DNA of 64,000 nucleotides from Cyanobacteria bacterium J069 (GTDB lineage Bacteria; Cyanobacteriota; Cyanobacteriia; Elainellales; Elainellaceae): NCBI GenBank assembly GCA_003695655.1, contig RFIF01000414.1, positions 4,551 to 68,550 of the forward strand, read 5' to 3'. Shown piece by piece: positions 63,000 to 64,000 of this stretch (position 1 is its first letter; each line of letters starts with the position of its first letter). The notes under the pieces were generated by a model. It saw only the letters and a program-made list of their open reading frames with translations, ran no database searches and was not told where the DNA came from. The position numbers and the translations under genes were made by a program.

Positions 63000-63203
63000 C
63001 TTGAAAATTTTCGTGTAATTACGGAGGTTGCTGATGAAGTCCCATATTTTAGGCGAGCTAAAAAATTGGAAAGCCTGGGATGATCAAGCCTGGGCAGAGC
63101 TTTAGAGCAAGGCGATCGCGGCGATCGCCACAACACAGACCAGCAAAGAGTTTTACAAAACTTAAACTGTCTGGACTGGGGAATAGCGAAGCGCCTGAAA
63201 CGC

Positions 63204-63239
63204 AAAAATCGCTGCGCAGTGTCACCACGCAGCGATTTT
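63204..63239 (-). terminator. Hairpin downstream of aroF
   Basis: AAAATCGCTGCG...CGCAGCGATTTT. Confidence 0.6.
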
Positions 63240-63318
63240 GCAAAAATTTTAGAGGTTTTATTTTTATAGAAAAGGGTTCCAGCTATCAGCCAAGGTAAAT
63301 TAGCCGAGATAGAAGATG

Positions 63319-64000
63319 CTATGCCAGCACCGGAACGGGCTGAGCTTCCCAGCGGTTGACCGCATTGCCAATTACCGAGAGTTCCCGCATCAGTCGATCA
63401 AAGCGCTCTGGCGTCAGCGATTGCGGCCCGTCGGACAGCGCCTTGGACGGCGTGGGGTGAACTTCGATCATGAGGGAGTCGGTACCAGCGGCGATCGCCG
63501 CTGCTGCCATTGCCGGTACATACTCCGACTTGCCTGTGCCGTGGCTGGGGTCGATCATGATGGGCAGGTGGGTCAAAGACTTCAGCACCGGAATGGCCGA
63601 CAGATCCAGCGTATTGCGGGCATATTGGTTGTCGAAGGTGCGGATGCCCCGCTCGCAGAGAATAACGTTGGGATTGCCCGCTGCCAAAATGTACTCGGCT
63701 GCCATCAGCCATTCTTCAATCGTGGCAGACATGCCTCGCTTTAGCAGCACGGGCTTGTCCTGAGCGCCCACCTTCTTCAGCAGCGAGAAGTTGTGCATGT
63801 TGCGTGCCCCGATCTGCACCACATCTGCCACTTCACAGATAATTTCCAGGTCGGCTGCATCCATCACCTCAGTGATGATGCCCAACCCTGTGGCATCTTT
63901 GGCAGCCTGGAGGAGTTGCAGAGCGCTTTCGCCGTGGCCTTGAAACGCATAGGGAGAAGTGCGGGGCTTAAACGCACCCCCCCGCAGGAACTTAGCACCT
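63319..64000 (-). CDS. aroF: DAHP synthase type I-beta (5' end outside the window)
   Basis: Frame open to the window edge: [35 protein letters not shown]. Confidence 0.95.
   Translation of the reverse strand, partial: GAKFLRGGAFKPRTSPYAFQGHGESALQLLQAAKDATGLGIITEVMDAADLEIICEVADVVQIGARNMHNFSLLKKVGAQDKPVLLKRGMSATIEEWLMAAEYILAAGNPNVILCERGIRTFDNQYARNTLDLSAIPVLKSLTHLPIMIDPSHGTGKSEYVPAMAAAAIAAGTDSLMIEVHPTPSKALSDGPQSLTPERFDRLMRELSVIGNAVNRWEAQPVPVLA

Noticed and set aside
1-64000. High frequency of GCGATCGC
   Set aside because: This is the well-known cyanobacterial HIP1; used only as a taxonomic clue.

Overview
Chromosomal window from a cyanobacterium. The evidence is very frequent HIP1 octamers (GCGATCGC), the split rpoC1/rpoC2, and cyanobacteria-type ThyD and Ycf52-like genes; it is probably a filamentous, Leptolyngbya-like strain (inference). 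The first 34 kb is conserved core: cupin-iscA, the str operon (rpsL-rpsG-fusA-tuf-rpsJ), pheA, rnhB-rne, a radical SAM gene, clpS, hisD, rpsT-tatD-rpoB-rpoC1-rpoC2, tRNA-His and tRNA-Pro. The rest holds sfsA, a GT4/SPS-like GT4/amylo-alpha-1,6-glucosidase cluster, an RDD/SpoIIM membrane locus, GNAT, ACT-like and pentapeptide genes, LysR/aspartoacylase, SpoIID, a lone amino-acid ABC ATPase, SRP RNA, a Kef-type antiporter, thyD, a HAD hydrolase and a partial aroF. The most unusual observations are: (1) an AT-rich three-gene operon (coiled-coil protein, unknown protein, HNH nuclease; 54413-56006) in which the unknown protein and the nuclease share an LxELFxxAD[RK]IG motif, a candidate undescribed defence or toxin-antitoxin module; (2) a ~125-aa, AT-rich, non-intein in-frame insertion in the SI3 region of RpoC2; (3) three copies of a 92-bp inverted-repeat element, one with its inner hairpin loop flipped; (4) a start-less RTX-type C-terminal gene remnant absent from the ORF track; (5) an SPS-like glycosyltransferase with a degenerate GGQ motif; (6) pervasive 11-25-nt tandem duplications at gene boundaries. 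All family calls come from motif recognition; no searches were run.
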